A stretch of DNA of 64,000 nt, taken from contig OY761611.1 of assembly GCA_963664875.1 (NCBI GenBank), forward strand, positions 3,424,001 to 3,488,000, read 5' to 3'. This DNA is from Candidatus Kapaibacterium sp. Its GTDB lineage: Bacteria > Bacteroidota > Ignavibacteria > Kapaibacteriales > UBA2268. Position numbers and translations under genes: made by a program. The stretch's first letter is position 1. Every line of letters begins with the position of its first letter. The notes under the pieces were generated by a model. It ran no database searches. It was not told where the DNA came from and worked only from the letters and a program-made list of their open reading frames with translations. Shown here piece by piece: positions 1 through 9,389 of the stretch.

Positions 1-299
1 TGTGCATAAGCAGAGATAGATTTGAAATCAGCACCGAATTTTATATCTTTTAGTGACACTCTGCCAAAAACCAACCAAGACAGGGCATGTACAATTTCAT
101 GTAGCAGATTGCCCAAAACAAAAGCCGGAATTCCAAAAATTGCAATGGTGAGTAGTGTAGGCACTTCCTGTGCATCTCCTATCCCATGTAAAAAGAAATA
201 ACCGGGAACAAAAAAGAGCAAAGTAAGAAAAATAAACGGCAATGAATAGCGATTGAGCTTGTTTGTTTCTATTATATATGCTTGTGTATTTGAATCCAT
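1..299 (-). CDS. Membrane zincin-like metalloprotease, DUF3267-like (runs off the window edge)
   Basis: Hand translation from ATG at 299: MDSNTQAY...two hydrophobic segments...LLHEIVHAL...KFG...AYAH. HEXXH motif. Not in the ORF track because no stop lies in the window. Confidence 0.75.
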   Translation of the reverse strand, partial: MDSNTQAYIIETNKLNRYSLPFIFLTLLFFVPGYFFLHGIGDAQEVPTLLTIAIFGIPAFVLGNLLHEIVHALSWLVFGRVSLKDIKFGADFKSISAYA

Positions 300-513
300 A
301 TTGAAATAGTGGCGTAATTTGTAAGAAATAAATCAGTTTTTGTTGAACGATGAGCCCAAATAAGACTCTCTGCAAAATACTAAAATTATAGGCATACAGC
401 TAAAATATTTTGGAGCTATGTTTTTGTATTGCAAAAAAATAAACTCAAAATTTTGCTTCTTATTTATTCGTCTCCTAATTCTTGATTGATACTTATGTTA
501 AAGTGGGGAAAAT

Positions 514-1413
514 ATGATAAATAAAATGATTACTGCTGTTCTGCCTTTGATGCCGAAATCATTGGTGCACGTATTTGCAAAAAAATACATTGCGGGAGAG
601 CATTTGAAAGATGCAGTAGAGACGACAAGAAGTTTTGAGGCTCTGGGAGGAAAGACTACTATCGACGTTTTGGGCGAATTTGTTACAAATAAAGATGCAG
701 CCAATCACGAAAAGGATATGTGTTTACAGGTAATCGATGCTATCGAAGAACATCGACTTCCTACCTATTTATCTATTAAGCCTACATCTGTGGGACTCGG
801 TATAGACTACAAATTTGGTTTTGAAAACATCAAATCTCTTGTTTCACATGCACATTCAAAAGGTATCTTTGTAAGGCTGGATATGGAAAATTCTCCGTAC
901 ACAGATGACACACTTAATGCCTACAAAGCACTCCGTGACTTAGGATTTGACAATGTAGGGTTTGTTATTCAGGCTTATATGAAGCGATCCTATGATGATT
1001 TAGTAGCACTTAAGGACTACAAACCTAACGTAAGACTGTGCAAAGGGATATACAATGAAGCTCCTGAGATAGCTTATAAAGATTTCCATGAAATTAGGAA
1101 TAATTACAAAAAATTATTTCATTATATGGCAGATAATAGCTTTTTTGTCGGCGTTGCAACTCACGACGATTATCTAATCGATTTTGCAGAATCCGAGATA
1201 AAGAAAAGAGCCATGACAGAAAAAGACTATGAGTTTCAGATGTTGCTTGGTGTCAAAGAAAATAAGAGGAATGAGTTGCTTACGAAAGGTCATAATGTAA
1301 GAATTTACGTTCCGTTTGGAGAAGATTGGTATGGATATTCAATCCGCAGGCTCAAAGAAAATCCTAAAATGGCAGGGCATATTGCTAAATCTATTTTTTC
1401 GTTCAATGGTTAA
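514..1413 (+). CDS. Proline dehydrogenase (monofunctional)
   Basis: Motifs YIAGE, RLDME, VRLCKGIY, ATHD, EFQMLLG, YVPFGEDWYGYSIRRLKE. Confidence 0.93.
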   Translation: MINKMITAVLPLMPKSLVHVFAKKYIAGEHLKDAVETTRSFEALGGKTTIDVLGEFVTNKDAANHEKDMCLQVIDAIEEHRLPTYLSIKPTSVGLGIDYKFGFENIKSLVSHAHSKGIFVRLDMENSPYTDDTLNAYKALRDLGFDNVGFVIQAYMKRSYDDLVALKDYKPNVRLCKGIYNEAPEIAYKDFHEIRNNYKKLFHYMADNSFFVGVATHDDYLIDFAESEIKKRAMTEKDYEFQMLLGVKENKRNELLTKGHNVRIYVPFGEDWYGYSIRRLKENPKMAGHIAKSIFSFNG

Positions 1414-2332
1414 TAATATCAGCATCCTAATCCTTATTCTTTTTTTTGTGGCATGTCAGAGACCTGAGCAGCCCAAACAGGCTGAGAGTAAGGCAACAAA
1501 ATCTGAGCAGGCTAATCAGGAGATTACTTTCGATGATGACGATATTTGTGTAGCTACTTTTAATATTGCATGGCTTGGCGACGGTAAAAATGACAGGTTA
1601 GACAGAGAGGAAGAAGATTACAAAAATATTGCTGATGTTATTGGTCAGGTAGAAGCTGATTTTATTGCTTTACAAGAAATTGAAAATGATGAAGCTATCA
1701 AAAGAGTTCTGGCGTATTTGCCTCAATATGATTACTTTATCGATGACTCCGGCTCGCAAAATGTCGGAATAATTTTCAGCAAAGAGTTGGAAGTAGAAGT
1801 CCTTGATATATATACTCCTCTACTTACAGGCAATAAAAGATTACGTCCAGGGCTCTGGGCAAGAGTAAAAAAAGGCAATTTTGACTTTTATGCAATGGTT
1901 GTACATTTCAAATCTACTTCAAGGTTTGACGAAGGAGAGGAAGGCAAAGAAAGGAGTAGAGGCATTCGCAAAAAGCAGGCTGAGATAATAAATAAGTGGG
2001 CTGATTCCTTATTGACTAACGGAAAAGAGCAGGATTTGATAATACTTGGTGATTTTAATGATTCTCCTTTGAAAAAGCGATATAACACATTAAACAGGAT
2101 AAATTCCAAGAAACTTGAATTTATCACTGCTGACTTACAAAGTTGCAAATTCGAAAAATTAAAAGGTATTGACCACTTACTCGTTACTGCGAGTGCCAAG
2201 CAAAGACTAATTCCGAAAAGCATTGGAATTTATAATTTGCATAAAGCATACAAAAAAAAGATAGCCCCTCAAATATCTGACCATTGCCCTGTTTTTGCAA
2301 GGTTTGATATAAAAAAAGAGGATAATGATTAG
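1406..2332 (+). CDS. Endonuclease/exonuclease/phosphatase family lipoprotein
   Basis: ATFNIAWL, ALQEIE, VVHFKS, ILGDFND, IDH, SDHCP. Lipobox FVAC after ATG at 1406, which overlaps the end of the upstream gene. Confidence 0.85.
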   Translation: MVNNISILILILFFVACQRPEQPKQAESKATKSEQANQEITFDDDDICVATFNIAWLGDGKNDRLDREEEDYKNIADVIGQVEADFIALQEIENDEAIKRVLAYLPQYDYFIDDSGSQNVGIIFSKELEVEVLDIYTPLLTGNKRLRPGLWARVKKGNFDFYAMVVHFKSTSRFDEGEEGKERSRGIRKKQAEIINKWADSLLTNGKEQDLIILGDFNDSPLKKRYNTLNRINSKKLEFITADLQSCKFEKLKGIDHLLVTASAKQRLIPKSIGIYNLHKAYKKKIAPQISDHCPVFARFDIKKEDND

Positions 2333-2414
2333 GCTTTGGAAAAAATTTTGCTTATATTTTCTATTTTTTTGTTAATTTCACATTATTGGATTCAAAAGAA
2401 ACAGAAGGTTACTC

Positions 2415-2780
2415 ATGAAAGGGAAAGGTAGAATCGTAAAAGAAGTAAAAGAGAAATATATTCTCTTAAAACTTGAAGGTTCTTTCAATAGTTACGAACA
2501 CGACGAAGAAATCAGAGAAACGTTCAGAGAAATTTCGAAAGAAGAGCCCGTCAATGTGATTGTGGATTTCAAAGAAGTATTTTACTTCAACTCCACAGCT
2601 ATACGTGGTTTGCTTTCCGGAAATGCTTTTATTAAAAGAGCAGAGGGCAGAATCATATTCTGCAATCTGAGCGATTATATTGCAAATATTTTCAAGATTA
2701 CAAACCTGCATCTTACTTTCAAAATTTTGGACAGTTTGGAAGACGCAGAATTTGAACTTGAAAATCCGACAGAAGACTAA
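2415..2780 (+). CDS. STAS domain anti-sigma factor antagonist
   Basis: VIVDFKEVFYFNSTAIRGLL and IFKITNL pattern; 121 aa. Confidence 0.85.
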   Translation: MKGKGRIVKEVKEKYILLKLEGSFNSYEHDEEIRETFREISKEEPVNVIVDFKEVFYFNSTAIRGLLSGNAFIKRAEGRIIFCNLSDYIANIFKITNLHLTFKILDSLEDAEFELENPTED

Positions 2781-2797
2781 CTATATTTGACATTTAT

Positions 2798-2827
2798 AAA
2801 AAAGCTACCCCAAAGGTAGCTTTTTTT
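2798..2827. terminator. Bidirectional intrinsic terminator
   Basis: AAAAAAGCTACC-CCAAA-GGTAGCTTTTTTT between convergent genes. Confidence 0.8.
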
Positions 2828-2868
2828 ACTTAGTAGTTGTAATAGTTCGGCTGATTTCAGGCGCATAT

Positions 2869-2907
2869 AAAAAAAGCTCCGATACTTCATTGCTTAAATA
2901 TCGGAGC
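2869..2907 (-). terminator. Probable intrinsic terminator of the lipoprotein gene
   Basis: A-run then GCTCCGATA...TATCGGAGC stem (T-tract on the minus strand). Confidence 0.55.
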
Positions 2908-2935
2908 AAACATCATATAAGGAAATATTGAAACG

Positions 2936-3700
2936 CTATTTGAAATATGTATAATAAAAATCATATCGTTTTTGAATGGCACCTTTAGAATCCGAAATAA
3001 TTTCGGCTTTGAGTTTTCCGGTGGTGTCATAAATGTATGAGTATATTTTGTTTACATTGCCATTCTGATCTATTTTATAAAACTTTATAGATTGATCTGC
3101 AGAATAAACAATACTGTCTTTTAGTACATTTGCATTAGGAATGTTGTCGCCTGTGACTATAATATCATAAGATATCCCTGTCAAATTGCCCGAAGTATTA
3201 TATTCGTTGTTGTAGTTTTTGATAGTAGATACACCTTTCTTCAAGTCTTCCTGTACGGTTTTGATTAAATCACCCTTTTGGTTGTAATCGAAACTCCAGC
3301 TTTCTTCAAGCTCACCATCGCTGTCGTATTGCTTTTTCTCAACTATCTTCGAATTAGTGTATCGATACTTGATCTTGAAATTTTCAGATACAAAGCCGTT
3401 GTTGTCATATTTAAAGTGAATTTCAGTAGATTGGTCGTCTTGGTATGTGTAAACAGATTTTGTAGCTGTGTCTGCATCTTTGTTAAACTCTACAAAAAGC
3501 AGGATATTGCCGGCTTTGTCAAATTCTTTGTAATATACTTTGTGTTCTTTAGATAAAGTGAGCAAATCAGATTCCCACTTCTCTTCACTTTGTATAACAT
3601 CCGGAGTGTACGCAGGATTTATCGGATTGTCCGGCATATTACATGCTGCTAATAAACACACAGCACACACAAAAATACTATTTAATATTTGTTTACTCAT
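2936..3700 (-). CDS. Hypothetical lipoprotein with YD-like repeats
   Basis: Lipobox LAAC; repeated YDxxG/YNxxG motifs. Confidence 0.65.
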   Translation of the reverse strand: MSKQILNSIFVCAVCLLAACNMPDNPINPAYTPDVIQSEEKWESDLLTLSKEHKVYYKEFDKAGNILLFVEFNKDADTATKSVYTYQDDQSTEIHFKYDNNGFVSENFKIKYRYTNSKIVEKKQYDSDGELEESWSFDYNQKGDLIKTVQEDLKKGVSTIKNYNNEYNTSGNLTGISYDIIVTGDNIPNANVLKDSIVYSADQSIKFYKIDQNGNVNKIYSYIYDTTGKLKAEIISDSKGAIQKRYDFYYTYFK

Positions 3701-3804
3701 AACTGTTCCCGGCTTGAAACATTTGATAAGAAATTACGTAAAATCTTTATAAATGTCAAGTTAAATATACATACGAGTCAAATATTTTTATATTTCCTGC
3801 AATC

Positions 3805-4932
3805 TTATATATTAATGTCGAAATCATCTGCATTGAAACCGTAATTTTCTATCCAGTATTCTTTAGTAAAAGTTATTTTCCCGGAATTTAATAAATCAAG
3901 ATCGCGTTTCCAAATACTCGCCATATTGCTGTTTAACCTGATAATTGAAAAAATAGGCTGAGCAATATCTCCAAAATTTAGATGTATTAGCATTACTATC
4001 AAGTCGTTTAATATCTTTTCTACTAAGCTGATGTCCGAATGAATTATTTCTTCTCTCACTTTATAATGTGTTTCTGCTGCTGCTAACGAACCACCATCTA
4101 ATTCTGTGGTAAGTGTTTGAGACAATAGTGCTTTTGATATTTCCGAATTACAATGCCTGATTAGCAGGTGAAAGAGCTCCGCCGAATTTGCTTTATTCGT
4201 ATCGTGTATTGTGATTGTTATATCCTCAGGGGTTACTGCAACGCTTTCGTCAGCCATCTCGCTCAGTAACTCGGCAAGATTCATTATTTCTTCCTGTGAG
4301 GCACCTCTCTGATACTGTGCCACCACAAAAGGCATCCCAAATTTTTCAATATAATTTACCCAAAAACGCATACTACCGGATTTGAAAGTAACAGGCCAAA
4401 AGCATTTTGCAAGTAGCGATTCTCCATAATGCCTTGCTGCACTTTGTTCATATATCGCTGCAAGGAATTTATACTCGGGCAAGGATTGAGCCTCGCCACC
4501 GCCGGGACTTCTGAAATACATATTTCCATCGCCTCCAATGTCGAAATATTCCTGCGGTCGGGCTTCAATCTTCTTAGGAATATATTTTCCTTCTTTCTTT
4601 TCCCACATAATTTCTAAAACCTGAAATCCATAAAGAGGTGCGTCGAGTATGTTTCTTATTATAGCCTGCAAATCTAACTTTGCAAAAACATCTTTCACAA
4701 ATGCGAATACATCTTTGTCTGAATTTTCCTGCCTTATTTGAGTTTCTAAAGCAAGAACGCCTGCTTTTCTGGATTGGATGCAGCTACGGACGTGCGGATC
4801 ATTTGTAAGATTTCGTACAGCTTCATAGCCTTTGTTTCTTAGTATTTTATCGGGATTAGGCAGCATTCCGAGATGCTTAAAGAAGCTGAGCGAGCCACTC
4901 CTGCTTACAAGTTCTTTGGTTAGTGATTTCAT
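3805..4932 (-). CDS. Mu gp29-like phage portal protein (DUF935)
   Basis: LPNPDKIL, DPHVRSCIQSRK, LDAPLYGFQVLEIMW, FWVNYIEKFGMP, EISKALLSQTLTT, GSLAAAETH. Confidence 0.9.
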   Translation of the reverse strand: MKSLTKELVSRSGSLSFFKHLGMLPNPDKILRNKGYEAVRNLTNDPHVRSCIQSRKAGVLALETQIRQENSDKDVFAFVKDVFAKLDLQAIIRNILDAPLYGFQVLEIMWEKKEGKYIPKKIEARPQEYFDIGGDGNMYFRSPGGGEAQSLPEYKFLAAIYEQSAARHYGESLLAKCFWPVTFKSGSMRFWVNYIEKFGMPFVVAQYQRGASQEEIMNLAELLSEMADESVAVTPEDITITIHDTNKANSAELFHLLIRHCNSEISKALLSQTLTTELDGGSLAAAETHYKVREEIIHSDISLVEKILNDLIVMLIHLNFGDIAQPIFSIIRLNSNMASIWKRDLDLLNSGKITFTKEYWIENYGFNADDFDINI

Positions 4933-5367
4933 TTATTTCTCCATAGATTTGATTGCATAACCTGATATTATTCCACCCAAAATTATTAGCGGATCCTGCC
5001 ACCAAGGGCGTTTGGCTATTGATGATTGATTAAAATTGATGTGATGAGTAATTATAGTGTCCTGCTGTCTGGCTATATGCATTGATAAAATATTATCGGG
5101 GAAAGTATAATAACAGCGGACAGTGTCTCGTTTGATTATAGTATCTATTGTCGCAACGAAAGGTCTTGTTTGTATGATAGTATCTCTAATATAGCGGATT
5201 TCAGTTTTTACATTTTCTAGGATGATTGGCTCGGGAGTTACAATTTCAATAATGGTGTCTCTTATTATTCTTACATCACCTTGGTTCCCGGGCGGCTCAT
5301 TTGCAAATATGTAAAACAAAAGCAGACCTATTATTACACCGGCAAAAGCAATTGTTACCTCTTTCAT
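4933..5367 (-). CDS. Phage-associated membrane protein with DT(I/V) repeats (possible spanin-like lysis accessory)
   Basis: N- and C-terminal hydrophobic segments; repeated RDTI/IDTI; position in the phage operon. Function is inference. Confidence 0.5.
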   Translation of the reverse strand: MKEVTIAFAGVIIGLLLFYIFANEPPGNQGDVRIIRDTIIEIVTPEPIILENVKTEIRYIRDTIIQTRPFVATIDTIIKRDTVRCYYTFPDNILSMHIARQQDTIITHHINFNQSSIAKRPWWQDPLIILGGIISGYAIKSMEK

Positions 5368-6116
5368 ATTTTAACTCCATAATCTATAACTATTCCAAGA
5401 GTAAGGTAGTGAGCCGGCAATTCGTTATCTTTAATAAGAAGTGAGAGTGTATCACCAGAATTCAACGGCATCTCTGTTACCGAAATCTCGCCACGACCAC
5501 GCAGGATATGCAAATCTTCATAAAGCATGGAATCATTCAAAAGCAAATCACAATAAAGACTATTTCCTTCTTTCAAAGAATAGTAGATAGATACAATCTT
5601 AGGTGAAATATCATTTGGCAGACAAGGGAATATATCCGGCAGACGTAACCTCTCACCGGACTGCAGATTTATTACTCCGTCATAAGTAAAATGACAAATC
5701 CTCTGCAAACGCACTTTCTTTTCAGACGGCATTAAAGCCTGAGCAGGAACATACTTCTTAGAATAACTATCGCTACTGTCTTCAATAAGTAAAACATCCT
5801 CCGGCTCAATCTCCGGCTTACTCTCAAAAGTAATAAAGTCGCCGGACAACCTGTTTAGCTGCCTAAGATTGTCAACATTGGTGAGTCCGATCTGCTCTTT
5901 AGTAACATTATGTAGATTGTTTGTATCAGTCAAATGTAGAGTAAGATTCGGATTTTTATACTCGTAAACCATATCATGGTGATGTTCCACATCTGCTTTT
6001 GAATCAAGTGCGTCTGCAAGGTCGCTTTGGCTAGACAAAACGCCTGTTATTTCGCCCCATTTCGAGATTATTTCCACTTCCTCGGATTGTGGATAAGGTA
6101 TGTATCTGATTGGCAT
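5364..6116 (-). CDS. Phage fibre-like structural protein
   Basis: WGEITGVLSSQSDLADALDSKADVEHHHD and HNVTKEQIGLTNVDN resemble phage fibre repeat motifs. Confidence 0.55.
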   Translation of the reverse strand: MPIRYIPYPQSEEVEIISKWGEITGVLSSQSDLADALDSKADVEHHHDMVYEYKNPNLTLHLTDTNNLHNVTKEQIGLTNVDNLRQLNRLSGDFITFESKPEIEPEDVLLIEDSSDSYSKKYVPAQALMPSEKKVRLQRICHFTYDGVINLQSGERLRLPDIFPCLPNDISPKIVSIYYSLKEGNSLYCDLLLNDSMLYEDLHILRGRGEISVTEMPLNSGDTLSLLIKDNELPAHYLTLGIVIDYGVKI

Positions 6117-6117
6117 T

Positions 6118-6468
6118 TTATCGCTCCTCTAAGTATAAAACTGCATCTAAATTTCCGTTAGTAATACTGTTATTTATATATCGGATGCGGAAGAATTTAC
6201 TAACGCTGTTCAGTATTGCTATTTCTGCATTGCTACGGTTATTCGTGTTGTCCACATCAATCAATGCTCCCACAGAGAAAGAGAGGCGGTCATTGGAAAA
6301 CTCAATGGAAACTATACCATCAGGTGTGCCTTTTACTTCGCTCCAGCTAAGTTGAAGTGAAACAGCTATATATTTAGATTTACCACTGATATTTTTATCA
6401 GCTGTTTCAAACCACTTAGTCTCAAAAGATTCCGCCATTGAAGCATTTTTGCACATATATTTAAGCAT
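6118..6468 (-). CDS. Hypothetical beta-rich phage protein (116 aa)
   Basis: ATG at 6468 follows GAGGTGG and overlaps the upstream stop; ends FFRIRY...LYLEER one base before the next gene. Confidence 0.6.
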   Translation of the reverse strand: MLKYMCKNASMAESFETKWFETADKNISGKSKYIAVSLQLSWSEVKGTPDGIVSIEFSNDRLSFSVGALIDVDNTNNRSNAEIAILNSVSKFFRIRYINNSITNGNLDAVLYLEER

Positions 6469-7030
6469 TATCCACCTCTGTGGAAAAGCCAACAAGCCCA
6501 AGCAACCGCAATCTCCCGAATATATGATACAAATTCCTTCTTTGCCTGAATACACCTTCTTTATTGCCTTTCTTTGTATTGAAAGCGATTGTGCGAACCC
6601 AGCCGGATCTTTCAGTTTTATATATCCTCTCAACATGACCTCGCCAGGAGCCGGGCAGTCGCCATATTATTAAATCATGTTTCTGTGGGGCAGCTCTTGT
6701 TCGCTTCCCATGTTTCTTTGCATAAGTAAAGAGTTTTGTAGCAACGCCTGTTTTAGGAATTGGAATATCACTTTTATCTTGCGCAGCTCGAGCAAAGCAA
6801 TAATATACTCCTGCTGCACAGTAAGCACTGCCCCTCGGCAAACCCATATAATCAGTGTATTTCTCAACTGCCCCGAGATTCTGGCCGCTTTCGAGCGTTC
6901 CTGCCTGTAACATTGCAGTATCAAGAGATGCTTCGAGTAGATATTGTTTACATGGAATTGTGTATCTCTCAAATGCAAAAGCGCTTGCAGAAAGCGTTAG
7001 CATTAATATTATTTTGAATAAGATTTTCAT
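6461..7030 (-). CDS. CHAP-domain peptidoglycan hydrolase (endolysin-like) with signal peptide
   Basis: N..GAVEKY, AYCAAGVYYC (Cys) and GHVE (His); signal peptide ending ASAFA. Confidence 0.75.
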   Translation of the reverse strand: MKILFKIILMLTLSASAFAFERYTIPCKQYLLEASLDTAMLQAGTLESGQNLGAVEKYTDYMGLPRGSAYCAAGVYYCFARAAQDKSDIPIPKTGVATKLFTYAKKHGKRTRAAPQKHDLIIWRLPGSWRGHVERIYKTERSGWVRTIAFNTKKGNKEGVFRQRRNLYHIFGRLRLLGLVGFSTEVDNA

Positions 7031-7129
7031 AGTGTTTGTTCCTTCTTTGAATAGTAAAATTTTATTTGATAGACCTAATTAGGAAAAAGGTTTCGATTGT
7101 TTACTTTCTTCCATAGATATTATTTCAAT

Positions 7130-7283
7130 TTCCCCTCCTGAGCGATGTGCTGAGCGAGCAACGCGAGTCGAAGTAGGGTGCGTGAGCGAAGCGAGGGCGG
7201 GGTGGAAAAACACGAAGCACAATATTTAGTGCAAGTAGTCTGTTTTTCTATTTACTTAACTTTGTCGATTGTTTTTTTCAGGT
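7130..7283. repeat. REP/MITE-like palindromic element (half element with nested insert)
   Basis: TTCCCCTCCTGAG[CGATGTGCTGAGCGAGCAACGCGAGTCGAAGTA]GGGTGCGTGAGCGAAGCGAGGGCGGGGTGG; related to the copies at 10528, 12770 and 14484. Confidence 0.8.
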
Positions 7284-7317
7284 CAGAGATATAAAAAACA
7301 TTATCATTTTTCTCTCC

Positions 7318-7641
7318 TTACTGCACAAAATAAACTCCCAATATTATCATGCCCACAGAGAGATGCACCCCCAGAGCCATTTGACCGAAATTTAAATCAG
7401 GAAGAAGTGCTTTGAGTAAGGATGCAGAGCGGTATATTAGCCAAAGGCAGAAAAGTTCTGCGAGTAGGACTATCAGCATGGTTTTTAGCTCTGCAAGACT
7501 TGGGAATGCAAAAAGTAGTAGCATTAGCCCAACGATAAGTAATAATATTTCTATCAGATATTCTCTGATTTTGCCCCAAAGAGACCGGGCGAGTTGCCCG
7601 ATCCCTACGGAGATGCTATTCAAGATATTTTTTAAATTCAT
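7318..7641 (-). CDS. Small multi-pass membrane protein, putative holin
   Basis: Three hydrophobic segments; immediately upstream of the CHAP hydrolase. Confidence 0.5.
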   Translation of the reverse strand: MNLKNILNSISVGIGQLARSLWGKIREYLIEILLLIVGLMLLLFAFPSLAELKTMLIVLLAELFCLWLIYRSASLLKALLPDLNFGQMALGVHLSVGMIILGVYFVQ

Positions 7642-8065
7642 CGAGAGTCTCCTTGTCAAATGTGATTGTTTTGTTGTCTTTATTGCTGAGTATCAGGGAG
7701 GTTTCAGTTTCTTCTTCTATAATTATTTCTTTCTGTTTTGGCAAATCTACCTTGCATGCCTTAATGTCTCTAAGGAGCTGGAGTGCATTTAGCTTTCGCC
7801 ACACTACGGCATTGGGAACACCTGCGTCTGAATAGGCATAATCATATAAATATGCTATGGTCAGGTCAACCGAGAGCTTCTTTACAAGCATATCCGGGAG
7901 AGTCAGTGGCAACTCATAGCGAGAACCAATCATGCTATCAATGATGGAATCTGCATAGTCCCTATGTCTTTGGAGTTGTGCCTGATCGAAACCTCCACCG
8001 CAAAGTGTCGCAAGCTCCTGATAGGAATATTCGAGCAACAAATCATTTTCGTCTGAGTAAGGCAT
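7616..8065 (-). CDS. Mu gp36-like head-completion protein (DUF1320)
   Basis: MPY..DL, ADSIIDSMIGSRYELPL, LSVDLTIAYLY, ALQLLRDI...VDL. Confidence 0.85.
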   Translation of the reverse strand: MPYSDENDLLLEYSYQELATLCGGGFDQAQLQRHRDYADSIIDSMIGSRYELPLTLPDMLVKKLSVDLTIAYLYDYAYSDAGVPNAVVWRKLNALQLLRDIKACKVDLPKQKEIIIEEETETSLILSNKDNKTITFDKETLDEFKKYLE

Positions 8066-8075
8066 ATTAGCTCCT

Positions 8076-8417
8076 CTATATTGCTAAGCGAACTTTGATT
8101 ATTGCTGCGCCTGTACACGTACTAAGTGCATAAGCGTTCACAATCTCGCCTGCGTCTGCTACCTTTGCCTTTCCGGTTGCGTCGCTGCTTAGTGCATCGC
8201 CTCTTGCTATTGCTTCGCTTGATTCTACGAGCATTGTGCCGAGAGTTTCTATAGTTGCCTGCCTGTCTATGGTAGCAGCAAGTGATGTAACACCTAAAGC
8301 TCTTTCGCCAAGTCCGCAGATTCCACTTAAATAATTTACAAATCTAAACTGTGGTATGTCTTCTGCTGCCTTAATGCTGATAGTCAAAGCTGAGTGATAT
8401 GTTTCTGTACTAATCAT
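8076..8417 (-). CDS. Capsid cement/decoration protein (DUF2190-like)
   Basis: AAEDIPQFRFV, ALGV, VESSEAIARGDALSSDATGKA; follows the major capsid gene. Confidence 0.8.
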   Translation of the reverse strand: MISTETYHSALTISIKAAEDIPQFRFVNYLSGICGLGERALGVTSLAATIDRQATIETLGTMLVESSEAIARGDALSSDATGKAKVADAGEIVNAYALSTCTGAAIIKVRLAI

Positions 8418-8429
8418 TTGTCTGCCTCC

Positions 8430-9374
8430 CTATGCGTGGAAATTAGTGTTTGCGATTAAAAAGCCGGCATCTTTGCCTGTTACCTGTACTGAGTAGTTGT
8501 CTGTAGCACGAATTACTTTCACTTTGCCACCGTTTTCGTAGTAAGTATCTACTTCCGGCATTCCTTTTCTTCGGAATGTGTATCCAAACGAAGGGTTGTA
8601 TTCTGAGCGGCGAGGGGACTGATCTACATACGCGAATATTATATTATCGCCCCAAATGTCTTCCATACTTACTCCATCGGGTGAGTAAACTGAGGTGCCG
8701 ACTATAATATTTTCGATATTATAAACCTCTTTGACAAGCTCGGCATTTACTGTAAAATTATTTGTATAACGGATTTTGTTTGTCATACTATTGTGGTTCA
8801 GTATTTTTCTCAGAGTAACATCGCCCATAATCATAACATTCGGATATTTTCCTATTTTGCTGCGTATGGCATCTTTTGCTATATTGACCCATGTTTCAGT
8901 GTCCGCATTGCTTGTTGGAGCATATATCGAATCTGCCTCTGAGCTGATTACCAGTTTCATATCATCATCGTAGTTGGCAGGGTTTTGTACTAAATCTGCC
9001 GCCGCCTTTTCTCTGCCGGTTAGAAGTATATCGAGAAGTTCCTTTGTGCTGCGCTGTTCATAGCGGAAAAACTCGCTGCTTTCTTCTTCTTCGAGATAGT
9101 CCAAAGCTATCTCTACATCTCTTTCGTGTGTCTCGAAATCCATTAATACAATTTCTTCAGGAGGTATGCGGTTGGAGGCAGCTCTCAAAGCTCGCTCTGT
9201 GTCTCGCATTACAAAAGAGTTTTTAGAAAAAACAGGGATTTTGCCTTTCATTTTATTTACATCGACAGTAGGGAAGAGCTTATGAGCTATGAAAGCATTA
9301 TTTGTATAGCCCTGAGCTATTGTGGTCAAAACGGGATCGACCATGCGAAGAGAATCTAATCTTGTGTTGGACAT
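8430..9374 (-). CDS. Major capsid protein (Mu-like head module)
   Basis: RMVDPVLTTIAQGYTN..FIA..LFP.V.V, DIWGDN, PSFGYTF; 314 aa between the protease and cement genes. Confidence 0.85.
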   Translation of the reverse strand: MSNTRLDSLRMVDPVLTTIAQGYTNNAFIAHKLFPTVDVNKMKGKIPVFSKNSFVMRDTERALRAASNRIPPEEIVLMDFETHERDVEIALDYLEEEESSEFFRYEQRSTKELLDILLTGREKAAADLVQNPANYDDDMKLVISSEADSIYAPTSNADTETWVNIAKDAIRSKIGKYPNVMIMGDVTLRKILNHNSMTNKIRYTNNFTVNAELVKEVYNIENIIVGTSVYSPDGVSMEDIWGDNIIFAYVDQSPRRSEYNPSFGYTFRRKGMPEVDTYYENGGKVKVIRATDNYSVQVTGKDAGFLIANTNFHA

Positions 9375-9389
9375 TATTTTGTTTCCTTG

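Noticed and set aside
97-375. 92-aa ORF from the track
   Set aside because: A shadow frame; the HEXXH membrane-protein frame starting at 299 is more convincing.
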